Virus record (IMG/VR): IMGVR_UViG_3300042894_007411
Source of the DNA: a virus
Lineage: Duplodnaviria > Heunggongvirae > Uroviricota > Caudoviricetes
Strand: one strand, 5' to 3'
Length of the DNA: 64,000 bases
Shown here one piece after another: positions 1 to 9,110 of this stretch (position 1 is its first letter; the number at the start of each line of letters is the position of its first letter). The translations under genes were made by a program, and so were the position numbers. The notes beneath the pieces were generated by a model. The model made no database searches. It saw only the letters and a list, made by a program, of their open reading frames with translations, and was not told the DNA's origin.

Positions 1-339
1 AACAAAGTGTGTGGAATAAACCAAATGAAATTGATTTGAACTCTCTCGAAAAAATGTTGTAAGTGTTGAATAGTTCTTCAAACTCAAAATACATTTTATG
101 TAGAATTTCATTTGCTTTTTCCCTTTCAATCTTACCTTTCTCTTGTTCAATTCTAACATCTAATGCGTTCCAAGCCAACGAATATACTCTTGCAATTAGT
201 TTATCTGAAAATACCCCACACAACTGCATATTAGCCAGAAGTTTATTGTGTGCTTCGTAGTTTGGTTGAAGTTTTTTTAATTCTTTTGGTGGTTCACCAA
301 CTTGATAATCTAAGTTCATATGTTTAGTGTTTGTTTTTA

Positions 340-371
340 CAAATATACAAATAAATTTCTAAATTTTCAAA
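340..371 (-). promoter_or_regulatory. Bacteroidota sigmaA-type promoter (TTTG-N20-TATATTTG)
   Basis: Minus strand TTTG (368-371), 20 nt, TATATTTG (340-347). The same geometry recurs at about 24391-24422. Matches the known Bacteroidota -33/-7 consensus. Confidence 0.7.
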
Positions 372-382
372 TCTTATCTACA

Positions 383-622
383 CTAATATACAAGTTGTAG
401 GTAATGCCTTGAAAACCATTCCTCAAATTTCAATGCTTTGTCAGGAACATCTTTAATATCAGTATCCACACTTCTATTTTTGTATTGTTCCATATCAAAC
501 ATTCTACCATTACTCCACGCCTTTCTAAGATGTTCCTTGAAAAAGGCACTACTCATAACAGCAGATATAAGCAATTGCTCATCGCTGTTATTAAGTTTTT
601 GTTGTTTATTATCATTCTTCAT
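383..622 (-). CDS. hypothetical phage protein, N-terminus runs through an attC-like half-site
   Basis: 79-aa ORF co-oriented with neighbours; SAVMSS is encoded by the reverse complement of ACTCATAACAGC. Confidence 0.7.
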   Translation of the reverse strand: MKNDNKQQKLNNSDEQLLISAVMSSAFFKEHLRKAWSNGRMFDMEQYKNRSVDTDIKDVPDKALKFEEWFSRHYLQLVY

Positions 623-695
623 ATTATCAAATTTTGTCTGTTAATTAAAAGAGCAACTGCTCATATCTGCAAACCGTTTTAGCTAATAAAATTTA

Positions 696-911
696 CTACG
701 CCTTTACCCATTTTTTACCATTGTGTTTTAATTCTACAACTTGTTTTAATTTCGTTTGTTCATCGTATGCTTCAACATTACTACTGTCTAAAGGGTGTTC
801 ACCCCATCTGCTGTAAGTAAGTTGTTGTTCCCACAATTCTCTTGCCTGTTTTTCGTCCTTTGCCATTATTACAACTTCTGCTTTAATAATGAATTTTTTA
901 ATTGTTTTCAT
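696..911 (-). CDS. hypothetical phage protein
   Basis: 71-aa ORF, ATG start, in leftward gene run. Confidence 0.75.
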   Translation of the reverse strand: MKTIKKFIIKAEVVIMAKDEKQARELWEQQLTYSRWGEHPLDSSNVEAYDEQTKLKQVVELKHNGKKWVKA

Positions 912-952
912 AATCCGTAAATTTTCAAATCTTACCTACACTAATATACAAG

Positions 953-1330
953 TTAGCGGTCAGCTTTAGACAGTTCACTTTTCAGCCACTCTTTACGCCA
1001 ATTAAGACAGTAGTTAATGGCATCTTCAAGTTTCTTAAACTCTTTACTATGCGGTAATTCCATAAACATTGAAATATCGTGAACATTACACACATCGTGT
1101 TTAGTTCTTGGACACACCCACCAATGAGTTTTTTTGTATTTAGTATAATCTTTGTTATCAGGTGGACAACCATCTAACCCACAAATAACATCAAAAGGCA
1201 TAAAGATACCTTTCCAAACAACTTCCCAGCATCCACTACCTTCTGAATAGTTTTTGGGAGTTTTCAATGACCAAGCCGAACCGCTAACACGGGTTTGGCA
1301 AAATGGCTGTTCAGTAATTCTATTTGACAT
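953..1330 (-). CDS. hypothetical protein in attC-like cassette
   Basis: Likely start MSNRIT at 1330; cassette bounded by GTTAGCGGT (952-960) and ACCGCTAAC (1280-1288); stop codon lies inside the GTTA box. Confidence 0.75.
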   Translation of the reverse strand: MSNRITEQPFCQTRVSGSAWSLKTPKNYSEGSGCWEVVWKGIFMPFDVICGLDGCPPDNKDYTKYKKTHWWVCPRTKHDVCNVHDISMFMELPHSKEFKKLEDAINYCLNWRKEWLKSELSKADR

Positions 1331-1356
1331 ACCTATAACATAACAAGTGATATATG

Positions 1357-1857
1357 TTATTTGACTTCGTACAAGTGAAAGCAAATTACATATTCAAAGT
1401 CATCACCAAAATCTTCATCATCTAAATATTCACATTTAGGTTCTAACTTACCAATGTATTCACCCCATTTGTGCCAACGCCATCCCCCACCTTTGCCTTT
1501 ATTTTCTTTATCTTGAAATACGGGTGTAACTGCAATAAAGTATTTCCTGTTGGGGTCTTCAATTTCTTCCTTAAAATACTCTTTTATTTGTTCAATACTA
1601 TCACCAACACCATATTGTGCTTTAAGATAACTTGGAGCAAAAACTTCAAAACTTTGGTCAAATGGGATACTACCCATATCATCAAATTCTAAAAACTCTT
1701 CGTGAGAAAAATTAAATTCAATGTTACATTGGTAAACACCAATACCGAACTGCATCCATAATTCATCACACTGCGGGATGTATTCAAAATTGTGCTCTTT
1801 TGATATGGCACTTCTTCTTTCTATTTCTTTCCAATTTGGAGTTAAGTTTACTAACAT
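1357..1857 (-). CDS. hypothetical phage protein (GGGWRWHKWGEYIG motif)
   Basis: 166-aa ORF with realistic composition. Confidence 0.8.
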   Translation of the reverse strand: MLVNLTPNWKEIERRSAISKEHNFEYIPQCDELWMQFGIGVYQCNIEFNFSHEEFLEFDDMGSIPFDQSFEVFAPSYLKAQYGVGDSIEQIKEYFKEEIEDPNRKYFIAVTPVFQDKENKGKGGGWRWHKWGEYIGKLEPKCEYLDDEDFGDDFEYVICFHLYEVK

Positions 1858-1913
1858 TTGTGTTTCAAATTAAATTGTCTTATTGTCTAGAAAAAAGTTT
1901 TAAGTCTGGTGAT

Positions 1914-2441
1914 TTATTTATTTAGAACTATCTTTGCAAATGACGAATCCACATTCATCTTTTGAATTAATTCATCCGTGGTCATATTTTTAGCTTCATT
2001 TAATATCTTCTCCTTTTGGTTTGCGATATTCAAATCAACTTTAGCATCTGCCGCCATATTTTTTAATTCGGTTACAACAAAGTTAGATAACTCATGTGGA
2101 ATTTGTTTAGCACTAGAATCTGTTGTTAAAAAGTTCATTGTTTGACCACCCGCCACAATTAATAAAGCGTCTTTCTTAGATGGTGTGAACACCAAAAGTG
2201 CCCACCACAAAAACATAAAAGGATAACTCCACAATATCCATTTTCTAGATGATTTTGCTGTTTGTAAATAATCTTCCTTGTCACTTTCAGGGGTTTCAGA
2301 ACTCAAATATTTACCACGACAAATAATATTAATAATAGTAGCTACAACAGCAATGGTCGTAAAAATAGCAACACCCCAACCAAATAGTGTTCTTGCATTG
2401 TCAGCTACTGCGAGCCAATAAAATAATTTTGTGTAATTCAT
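1914..2441 (-). CDS. membrane protein, two predicted TM segments
   Basis: 175 aa with two hydrophobic stretches. Confidence 0.8.
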   Translation of the reverse strand: MNYTKLFYWLAVADNARTLFGWGVAIFTTIAVVATIINIICRGKYLSSETPESDKEDYLQTAKSSRKWILWSYPFMFLWWALLVFTPSKKDALLIVAGGQTMNFLTTDSSAKQIPHELSNFVVTELKNMAADAKVDLNIANQKEKILNEAKNMTTDELIQKMNVDSSFAKIVLNK

Positions 2442-2465
2442 AATTTTTGTTTTGAAAAGTTTGAG

Positions 2466-2825
2466 TTATTGATTTTTTAATAAGGGATTTCCTAATGCAA
2501 TACTTCTAAGTGCTAACATTGCGTTATTATACTGTTTTGCAGTCATTGTATTTTCATAGTCTCGAAATAAATACTTCAAAACATATTTACATCTTTCTTC
2601 CAGTAAATCCTTTTCTTTGTCTAAATATTGTTTAGATCTGTTGTCTTCAATTACACCATTTGAATTCTCAAAGTAAATTTCCTCACCTTTAGAATCATAT
2701 TCCCACTTTTCCCAATATCCACCTGAAATCTCAAAGTAAACTAGATTACCATTCGTGTCTTTAATTGCCAAGGAAGGATTGGCCTTAAAATCCCATTTGA
2801 TTAGTTGTCCTACTGTTTGTTCCAT
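2466..2825 (-). CDS. beta-hairpin repeat protein (orphan member of the 14.1-15.7 kb family) with an extra C-terminal helix
   Basis: KWDFK...YFEISGGYWEKWEYDSKGEEIYFENSNG matches the array paralogs. Confidence 0.8.
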   Translation of the reverse strand: MEQTVGQLIKWDFKANPSLAIKDTNGNLVYFEISGGYWEKWEYDSKGEEIYFENSNGVIEDNRSKQYLDKEKDLLEERCKYVLKYLFRDYENTMTAKQYNNAMLALRSIALGNPLLKNQ

Positions 2826-2829
2826 GGTT

Positions 2830-3039
2830 TCACTTTTCTAAAACATACCGCATCATTTCTTGCATCTTGAGAATCAAAACTTTCATTTCATCCTCATTAA
2901 GATACAACCTACTGTTAGGTGTTTTATCATCTAATTCTTTGGTTTCTATGATGATTCCATCGAACTCTTCCATGGGGTAAATTCCAACATTCTGGGATTC
3001 TGTTGAAATAATAGTTTTGATCCAAACTTTGTTAGCCAT
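2830..3039 (-). CDS. hypothetical protein
   Basis: 69-aa ORF downstream of an N25 promoter. Confidence 0.75.
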   Translation of the reverse strand: MANKVWIKTIISTESQNVGIYPMEEFDGIIIETKELDDKTPNSRLYLNEDEMKVLILKMQEMMRYVLEK

Positions 3040-3074
3040 TCCGTGAAAATTGATGTTTTAGTTTATGGTGTAAA

Positions 3075-3113
3075 TATAGGATAAAAATGGAAATAAAAAA
3101 AATGGAACCCCGG
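3075..3113 (-). promoter_or_regulatory. phage bipartite promoter GGGTTYC-N25-TAnnTTTR (representative copy)
   Basis: Exact 25-nt spacer counted at about 3075, 3595, 4215, 6430, 6922, 9877, 10615, 11454, 13016, 14067, 15679, 16207, 17248, 18240 and 20039, each upstream of a leftward gene. Confidence 0.75.
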
Positions 3114-3134
3114 AAATTCCGGGGCTCCTTCAAT

Positions 3135-3569
3135 TTACTTCAAAATCAAAATTCTTTTTCCTGTTGAAATTTCTTGGGTCAAAATCATTTCAAAGTTTGG
3201 ATTTTGAATCAAAAATTCCAAAACAAAATTCACTTTGTCATGAATTTGGGGTTGGGTTGGAATGGTTTGGACTTTTGGTTTTGGTTGAGAAATCTTTTTG
3301 AGACAAACTTGAACATAACCATGTTGAGCTCCAACAATTCTGGCAATGTCTTTGGATGAGAGTTCGGGGAATTTCTTTTTCAACCTCAAAATTTTCTGAC
3401 TTTTTGTGGTTTTCTTTTCCTCCCTCAAACAAAAGTGAACATAACCAATGTGAACTCCCAATTTCTTGGAAATGTCCATGAATGACATTTTGGGATTTTC
3501 CTTTCGGATTTGCAGGATTTTTTCCTTTTTGAAAATTGGTTTGGGGGTTGGGATTTGGATGTTTTGCAT
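3135..3569 (-). CDS. tandem helix-turn-helix DNA-binding protein
   Basis: Two repeats: KILQIRKENPKMSFMDISKKLGVHIGYV and KILRLKKKFPELSSKDIARIVGAQHGYV. Confidence 0.7.
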   Translation of the reverse strand: MQNIQIPTPKPIFKKEKILQIRKENPKMSFMDISKKLGVHIGYVHFCLREEKKTTKSQKILRLKKKFPELSSKDIARIVGAQHGYVQVCLKKISQPKPKVQTIPTQPQIHDKVNFVLEFLIQNPNFEMILTQEISTGKRILILK

Positions 3570-3658
3570 AAGTGGTTGGTTTTAGTTAATGATGTAAAGA
3601 TAATCCAAAACTTAGAAAAATAAAAATGGAACCCCGGAAAATTGGGGCTCCATTTCAA

Positions 3659-4195
3659 TTAAACAACTGGACCAACAAGTTCGGTTTTGGATTTCCGAAT
3701 TTTGAGGATGGATTCAAAGGAGTAGGTTCGAATGATAACCTTGTCAATCAAACCACCTTGTTCTCCCTCTGTTTTTGTGGGTAAACCTTGGACTTCTTCT
3801 TTGGAAATTTCCACCCCATCCAAGAGGTAGGTTGATTGACCGCCTCTCAGGAAAATACACTCAAGATATTCCTTTCCTTTGTGGGTGATGAAAGGGGAGT
3901 TTGGGATCCTTTCTCCCCATGCCCTAGGTCCTGGCTCCCAACATCCATTGGGGGAATCTGTTGCAAGGATTTCAAACACTCTGTTGGCTTCATGTTGCTT
4001 TGAAAGCCTCCGGTTGACCATGTTGAAGTAACCTTTGCCATTTTTGAAAATCATCACCCTTGAATTGGTGGTAAGTTTGGTGACCCTTCCTTGTTGAGGA
4101 TTGGATTTTCCCCCAAGCAAATCTACTTTGACGAGGGTATCAAGGCTGACGATTTGGCAACCTTTGAAAGAATTGATTTGAGATTTTTGAAACAT
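3659..4195 (-). CDS. conserved hypothetical phage protein
   Basis: Start MFQKSQ at 4195 just downstream of an N25 promoter; YFNMVNRRL / PRAWGERI motifs. Confidence 0.8.
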   Translation of the reverse strand: MFQKSQINSFKGCQIVSLDTLVKVDLLGGKSNPQQGRVTKLTTNSRVMIFKNGKGYFNMVNRRLSKQHEANRVFEILATDSPNGCWEPGPRAWGERIPNSPFITHKGKEYLECIFLRGGQSTYLLDGVEISKEEVQGLPTKTEGEQGGLIDKVIIRTYSFESILKIRKSKTELVGPVV

Positions 4196-4293
4196 ATGTG
4201 GTTGGTTTATGTCGTAAAGATACGACATTTTTACTAAGAATAAAACCAAAACCCCGAAAAGTTTTTCCCCAATTTATGGGGCTAAGTAAATTG

Positions 4294-4367
4294 TGATTCC
4301 ACTAGGACTCGAACCTAGGACCTACAAATTATGAGTTTGCAGCTCTAACCAACTGAGCTATGGAATC
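4294..4367 (-). tRNA. tRNA with CAU anticodon (Ile2 or elongator Met)
   Basis: Full cloverleaf GATTCCA / GCTC-AGTTGGTTA-GAGC / GCAAA-CTCATAA-TTTGT / CTAGG-TTCGAGT-CCTAG / TGGAATC-A. Confidence 0.92.
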
Positions 4368-4674
4368 TTTGGGTAAATTCTGTTTACGGTTTGTAGGGGT
4401 TTGTAAACAAAATTATGGTGGGTTGTTTAATTCATTTTTTTGATTTCCTCTATTAACTGAATAAACATGGATTTTGTTATATGTTCTTGTTTAACCCACA
4501 TATAAATTATGCCCATCCTTTCATGGTAATCTTTTTTAGTTTGTAATTTTTCAATGAGTTCCTTTATCATTTAACTATTTGTTTTTTCTTCTTTTGACCC
4601 GCCCGCGTTCGACGTATGTTAGTAATATACTATGTTAAAAAGTAACACCTAGCCGTTGTCTGTTTCGGAACGTG

Positions 4675-4772
4675 TAGTCAGGACAGGATTCGAACCTGCA
4701 CACCTCAGTGTTTTATAGTTCATCAACTATGCGTTTCCCAAATGATATGTCTACCAATTTCGCCACCTGACT
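4675..4772 (-). ncRNA. tRNA-like element E1 (AGTCAGG family, 98 nt)
   Basis: Acceptor AGTCAGG/CCTGACT-A, Leu-type D-arm start, T-arm GCAGG-TTCGAAT-CCTGT, no canonical anticodon arm. Confidence 0.75.
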
Positions 4773-4875
4773 ATTTGTTTAACGATACGGTATTACATTA
4801 TTTTCAATACACCATAAGTAATACTCTCTGTTGTCAATGTAATAATCTTTCATTGTTTCTATTTTTAATTGTTAG

Positions 4876-5007
4876 TAGTCAGGACAGGACTCGAACCTGT
4901 GCCTTGAGACTGACCCCTTGCTGACCTTTAGGTATCCACATCCTACCAGACTTGATGTGATATTTCTTTATCTGGGGAGCTGCTCTAACCAACTGAGCTA
5001 CCTGACT
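4876..5007 (-). ncRNA. tRNA-like element E2 (132 nt)
   Basis: Same acceptor and T-arm; class I D-arm TAGCTCAGTTGGTTAGAGC; about 80-nt unrelated core. Confidence 0.75.
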
Positions 5008-5012
5008 GTGTT

Positions 5013-5210
5013 TTATTCCTCAATATATGTCCACTTTTTAATATCTTTCTCATCACAATAATCATCATATGATGGAAGATACCACTCACCATTTTTATAA
5101 TAACACACCTCAAACTTTGGTGTGTTTTTTAATGATGTCCGAATCAAAACCCAACTATTATCTTTGGGAGGTATTTTGTCTTTTTTGAAATCTATCCAAT
5201 TCATATCCAT
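5013..5210 (-). CDS. small phage protein, DUF551-like
   Basis: MNWIDFKKDKIPP...VLI...YYKNGEW...IKKWTYI pattern. Confidence 0.65.
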   Translation of the reverse strand: MDMNWIDFKKDKIPPKDNSWVLIRTSLKNTPKFEVCYYKNGEWYLPSYDDYCDEKDIKKWTYIEE

Positions 5211-5212
5211 AC

Positions 5213-5419
5213 TTAAGAATTAAACAATCTTTTATATTCACTTTCACAAGTATCTCGTTTGTTTAATGGGTGAACGTCATTCCACTCACCTATATCAACA
5301 CATTTGACATCTTTTACCTTGGGGTAAATGTAACTAGTGTTTTCAATTAATTGTGTAATTTCTTGTTCACCGACATTTTTTATATCAATAACCAGTAATT
5401 CTACTTTATATGCTTTCAT
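5213..5419 (-). CDS. hypothetical protein
   Basis: 68-aa ORF between tRNA-like elements. Confidence 0.75.
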   Translation of the reverse strand: MKAYKVELLVIDIKNVGEQEITQLIENTSYIYPKVKDVKCVDIGEWNDVHPLNKRDTCESEYKRLFNS

Positions 5420-5433
5420 ATTTTTATTTTTAG

Positions 5434-5566
5434 CAGTCAGGACAGGATTCGAACCTGTGGTGCAAGTTATTAGGTGAAGTAATACTCTTCATTCATCAGA
5501 CTGAGCTGAACCTCTCATTACCTTGCCGACTTGTAGTAGTTGCGTCTGCCATTCCGCCACATGACT
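5434..5566 (-). ncRNA. tRNA-like element E3 (133 nt)
   Basis: AGTCATG-TGGCGGAATGGCAGACGC ... ACAGGTTCGAATCCTGT-CCTGACT-G. Confidence 0.75.
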
Positions 5567-5696
5567 ATTTTATTTTTTTATGCTGTCAACATTCTTATTA
5601 CAACACCTAACAATACTGAGTAAATCATTGCGGTAATTGCAAAACCAATCATTATACCATCAAAATATGTTTTTTCCTTTTTCATAACTTTAAATT

Positions 5697-5906
5697 TTAG
5701 GATTTCTGTCTTATCCAAACCTCACCACATTTTTCACACTCTTGTCGGTCTTTAAAATTTCGTACATCATGCTCGCAAACCGATTTCATAACAGCAGATT
5801 GGCGTAATACTTTGGCATACTCATCGGCAAAGTTAAGTGCCATTTCTAAAGTCCAGTGTCTCGTTTCAATCATTCGAGTTGATTTGTAATATTCTTTTGC
5901 TGTCAT
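5697..5906 (-). CDS. hypothetical protein, C-terminal CxxC-type Zn-ribbon-like motif
   Basis: CEH...CEKCG; internal SAVMKS from a TAAC half-site. Confidence 0.7.
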   Translation of the reverse strand: MTAKEYYKSTRMIETRHWTLEMALNFADEYAKVLRQSAVMKSVCEHDVRNFKDRQECEKCGEVWIRQKS

Positions 5907-6095
5907 AACCTTTATTTATGAACTGTGAGGTATTGACTTATCCTTTTGAATTACTTCTAGTGTATCTAGCTGTTCTTTCAAAGATTTAAGTTCTGTGTGA
6001 CAAATTAATAACTGCCTTTCCTTTTCTTTAATATGCAATTTTACATCGTAAATTGCTTTCTCAATTTTATTCATTGTGTTAATTAAAAATTTTAG

Positions 6096-6189
6096 TAGTC
6101 AGACAGGGTTCGAACCTGTATGTCAGCTTTACATTTCGTTGACTGACCGCACCTTGAAGCGAGCGTCTATCCAATTCCGCCACTTGACT
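6096..6189 (-). ncRNA. tRNA-like element E4, degenerate Leu(CAA)-like (94 nt)
   Basis: Leu-type D-arm, CGC-TTCAAGGT-GCG short anticodon hairpin, long variable hairpin GTCAG...CTGAC, acceptor stem one base short. Confidence 0.7.
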
Positions 6190-6195
6190 ATTTAT

Positions 6196-6411
6196 TTAAG
6201 TAAGCAAATCCCCACACTTTAGTATATCCCCAACCATTTTCTTGGTACCATTTTCATCAGTAATAGAATTTAGTTGATAGTGTTTTCCACTGTTGATTGC
6301 ATCAGCAGTTAAAAGGAATAATGCTTGGATAAATCCATTACAATAAGCAGTCAATTCATATGTGTGTCCATTACTGCTTTTAAATAAGCCTATGTACTTG
6401 TTATGTTTCAC
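6196..6411 (-). CDS. hypothetical protein
   Basis: 71-aa ORF downstream of an N25 promoter. Confidence 0.75.
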   Translation of the reverse strand: MKHNKYIGLFKSSNGHTYELTAYCNGFIQALFLLTADAINSGKHYQLNSITDENGTKKMVGDILKCGDLLT

Positions 6412-6543
6412 TGTATTTATTTTATTAAGACAAATATACTATTGAAATGAGATTAGAAAAAATGAAACCCCAGGCCAAAAGACCTGGGGCTTGAAAGGGA
6501 CCCAACCACAGATCCCTTTCGGGAGGGGGACTTTGGACTCCTA

Positions 6544-6894
6544 TTAGTCTTCCCCCTCCTGGTCCATTTCTTTTTTACGTTCAAGACCCCCAAACAAACC
6601 CCCCATCATTTTCTGAATTTCTTCTCGTTTGTTTTCGAATCCTGCGTGGATTTTTCCAACAAAATAACCTGCCAGAAGAAGTTTCTTTTCGTAACGTGTT
6701 AGGGAACCAGGAACATCCAGTTCCTCGGAACGAACAAAGTTACCACAGTCAAGAATGGTGTCAGAAACTGAATCACATTTCTTAAAGGAATTCACACATT
6801 CCTTAGCCAATGAATCGAAACAGGAATCTGATAAACTGAGACCTCCGGAGATAGTTTTTGGGTAGAATGGTGCGTCATGCGGATGATTTGACAT
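6544..6894 (-). CDS. hypothetical protein
   Basis: 116-aa ORF downstream of an N25 promoter. Confidence 0.75.
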   Translation of the reverse strand: MSNHPHDAPFYPKTISGGLSLSDSCFDSLAKECVNSFKKCDSVSDTILDCGNFVRSEELDVPGSLTRYEKKLLLAGYFVGKIHAGFENKREEIQKMMGGLFGGLERKKEMDQEGED

Positions 6895-6994
6895 AAAATA
6901 AGGGTTTAAAGGTTAATGATGTAAAGGTAAGATAAAATTTAGTGAAAAAAAAATGGAACCCCGATTTTATAAAATAAATTTGAAATTGTTTTAG

Positions 6995-7081
6995 TAGTCA
7001 GGACAGGATTCGAACCTGTGTTCAGGGACTCAAAGTAAGTAACCCTCTGAGTTTGAATGGCAATCTTTTCGCCACCTGACT
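6995..7081 (-). ncRNA. tRNA-like element E5 (87 nt)
   Basis: Perfect AGTCAGG/CCTGACT acceptor and ACAGG-TTCGAAT-CCTGT T-arm; eroded D-arm. Confidence 0.7.
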
Positions 7082-7145
7082 ATTTGTAATTTTGGCTTTT
7101 CATTTAGTATCCACAGAGCCCAAATTACTAAAATGAACTGTGCTG

Positions 7146-7267
7146 TAGTCAGGACAGGATTCGAACCTGTGACATTGCAACCCTTATACTTCCCGCGTCC
7201 TAATGATTATGAACCGTGTTGTTTTCGGGATGTGATAAACCTCTTTCACATTACGCAATACCTGACT
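7146..7267 (-). ncRNA. tRNA-like element E6 (122 nt)
   Basis: Perfect acceptor and T-arm; core unrelated to the other copies. Confidence 0.7.
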
Positions 7268-7481
7268 ATGTTTCCCCACCCTGAGATTTGGGGTGAGTAG
7301 TCATTCTGGTTTTTTCCTATTGATAAAACCTACAGGGCATCCCCTATTAAAACAGTCACACTACGAAGGAGGGGCTGTGAGTGGCACCTTTAGCCCTAAG
7401 AACCGGCATTCCGCTGTCCGATTTAAGCGAGTCCATTGTTTAAGTCTTGAACCAAAGACTCTGAGTATCTCTTACTCATTG

Positions 7482-7602
7482 CAGTCAGGACAGGACTCGA
7501 ACCCGTGGAGAACGGCTTGATAGTTTCTGCGCGAGGGCTACTTAATTCGCCACCCCTCAATCCTTGTTCTCAATTACGCTGCGGAACCACCGCCACCTGA
7601 CT
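7482..7602 (-). ncRNA. tRNA-like element E7 (121 nt)
   Basis: AGTCAGG-TGGCGG ... ACGGGTTCGAGTCCTGT-CCTGACT-G. Confidence 0.7.
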
Positions 7603-7763
7603 ATATTTAAAGTAACCCAACTCAGAGGGGTATTTGTTACATTATCACAGCTTTTGCAAAGTACTCTGGTTAATTACTCCGTCTGTACCCAACTGCTTTA
7701 TGTTGGCTTATAGCTGGCTATTTTAATGCAACTCACAACTTTATTTGTTGGAATTACTTTTTG

Positions 7764-7844
7764 TAGTCAGGGCAGGACTCGAACCTGCGGGAACTGTTTT
7801 GCCACGTAGGACTTATGTAGGCTCCACCATTTTGCCACCTGACT
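7764..7844 (-). ncRNA. tRNA-like element E8 (81 nt)
   Basis: AGTCAGG ... GCAGG-TTCGAGT-CCTGC-CCTGACT-A with a compensatory pair change in the T-stem. Confidence 0.7.
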
Positions 7845-8016
7845 GTGTGTACCGTTCCTATCTACTTTATGAACATACGGTACCAGATGCTTCATCATGA
7901 CCTTCGGATAGGTAAGTTTTGAGGATGAGAAGACCTCTGTGTTGTAAGTTGCCTACCATAAATGGTATCCTTTAGCATCTACTCAAGCAATTCCTTTCTC
8001 AAGGGAACAACACTAG

Positions 8017-8137
8017 CAGTAAGGACAGGCTTCGAACCTGTAAGGTCTCCATGACAGAGCCTATGGTGTGATTACGCTCACTCATCTTAGGGATGCGAAC
8101 CCATTCCAATACCGTTTACCAATTTCGGCACCTAACT
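8017..8137 (-). ncRNA. tRNA-like element E9 (121 nt)
   Basis: AGTTAGG-TGCCGAAATTGGTAAACGG ... ACAGGTTCGAAGCCTGT-CCTTACT-G. Confidence 0.65.
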
Positions 8138-8649
8138 AAAAAAGAAGGTTCTGGATCGTACCTGGACCAATCAGGAGAACCTTCAAATTGTATATAAAAG
8201 GTCATTTATAATCCTACCTATATTTCCAAGATCCTTTGGAATATAGTAACCATCCAAGGTAGGCCTATACTCTGGCACTCCGTCTGTACTTGTTGGCCTA
8301 ATCAATGTGTCATAGGTTTTCAGATACAGCGTTCAGTGTTACCCTCAGGACTTCTTCATCCTGCCCCCAAAGTTACGTGGGAACCTCACTTAGAAGTTTA
8401 AGTGTGTATCGTAGAATTGTCCAGTATTTCTACGACTTGTGGATTACAACACGACCAATTAAGGCCCCTTACCCTCTCAATCCATAATGAGGGACTCATT
8501 TATTCTCGTTCCCGACGTAACCTACTGAATACCTTCTGTGGTTATACGAATTTCACTTTTGTGTATCTTTCACCCATAGCCACGAAGACTTCCAGTCGTG
8601 GATCACACACCATAACGGATGAGTACTTCCGTTAATTGTGGGCTCTTTT
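8138..8649 (-). ncRNA. candidate large structured non-coding RNA
   Basis: No credible ORF; many hairpins (GAAGGTTCT/AGAACCTTC, CCTACC...GGTAGG enclosing a TTCCAA/TTGGAA stem, TCGTAGAA/TTCTACGA, CCACGA/TCGTGG, AACGGA/TCCGTT); strand assumed from the flanking RNA genes. Confidence 0.45.
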
Positions 8650-8746
8650 GTTGATTAATAAGGATTCGAACCTTAATCCTCCAGCCCTGTAGCGTTTCGT
8701 GTTCCCGAACCTACCGGGGCCAGTGTGCCCATTACACTATAATCAA
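8650..8746 (-). ncRNA. tRNA-like RNA with a structured insert replacing the anticodon loop
   Basis: TTGATTA/TAATCAA acceptor, GTGT/ACAC D-stem, GGCCC/GGGCT anticodon stem enclosing 29 nt, TAAGG-TTCGAAT-CCTTA T-arm. Confidence 0.7.
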
Positions 8747-9014
8747 TCGAGAGTTTCGAACCTCTCAGGTACCAAGGTAATTAATCTTGGACTTTGCAAT
8801 CGGTGTGAGAATCGAACTCACTCAAAAGGACGGTTCCTTTATCAGTTACACAAAGTAATTACTCCTTGCTTTACCTGCCGTGTAACGTTTTGTGGCCACT
8901 CCGCGTTACCAAATGTCAACCAAAGACATACCAATTCCGCTGTCTTCCCAGCTGTGTGGGTTTAGTATTGACTTACCCGTCAATGACGAGCTCTTGCCCC
9001 AAACCAAGGCTAGG

Positions 9015-9110
9015 TAGTCAGGACAGGAATCGAACCTGTGAGTATAGGATTAGCGCTTAGCCTATACACATCTTATTTCTAGAGTGCGTCTACCACTCCG
9101 CCACCTGACC
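9015..9110 (-). ncRNA. tRNA-like element E10 (96 nt)
   Basis: GGTCAGG-TG-GCG-GAGTGGTAGA-CGC, long variable hairpin GTATAGG...CCTATAC, ACAGG-TTCGATT-CCTGT-CCTGACT-A. Confidence 0.75.

Noticed and set aside
8749-8821. Two more tRNA genes suggested by T-arm-like hairpins at 8749-8766 and 8805-8821
   Set aside because: I could not find matching 5' acceptor strands; they are treated as part of the unexplained structured region.
7293-9060. Plus-strand ORFs of 60-88 aa in the RNA cluster
   Set aside because: Opposite to the local gene direction, GTG/TTG starts, implausible composition, and they overlap structured RNA.
9015-9110. Amber suppressor tRNA (CT-CTA-GA occurs after the D-arm)
   Set aside because: The CTA is not centred in a 7-nt loop closed by a 5-bp stem.
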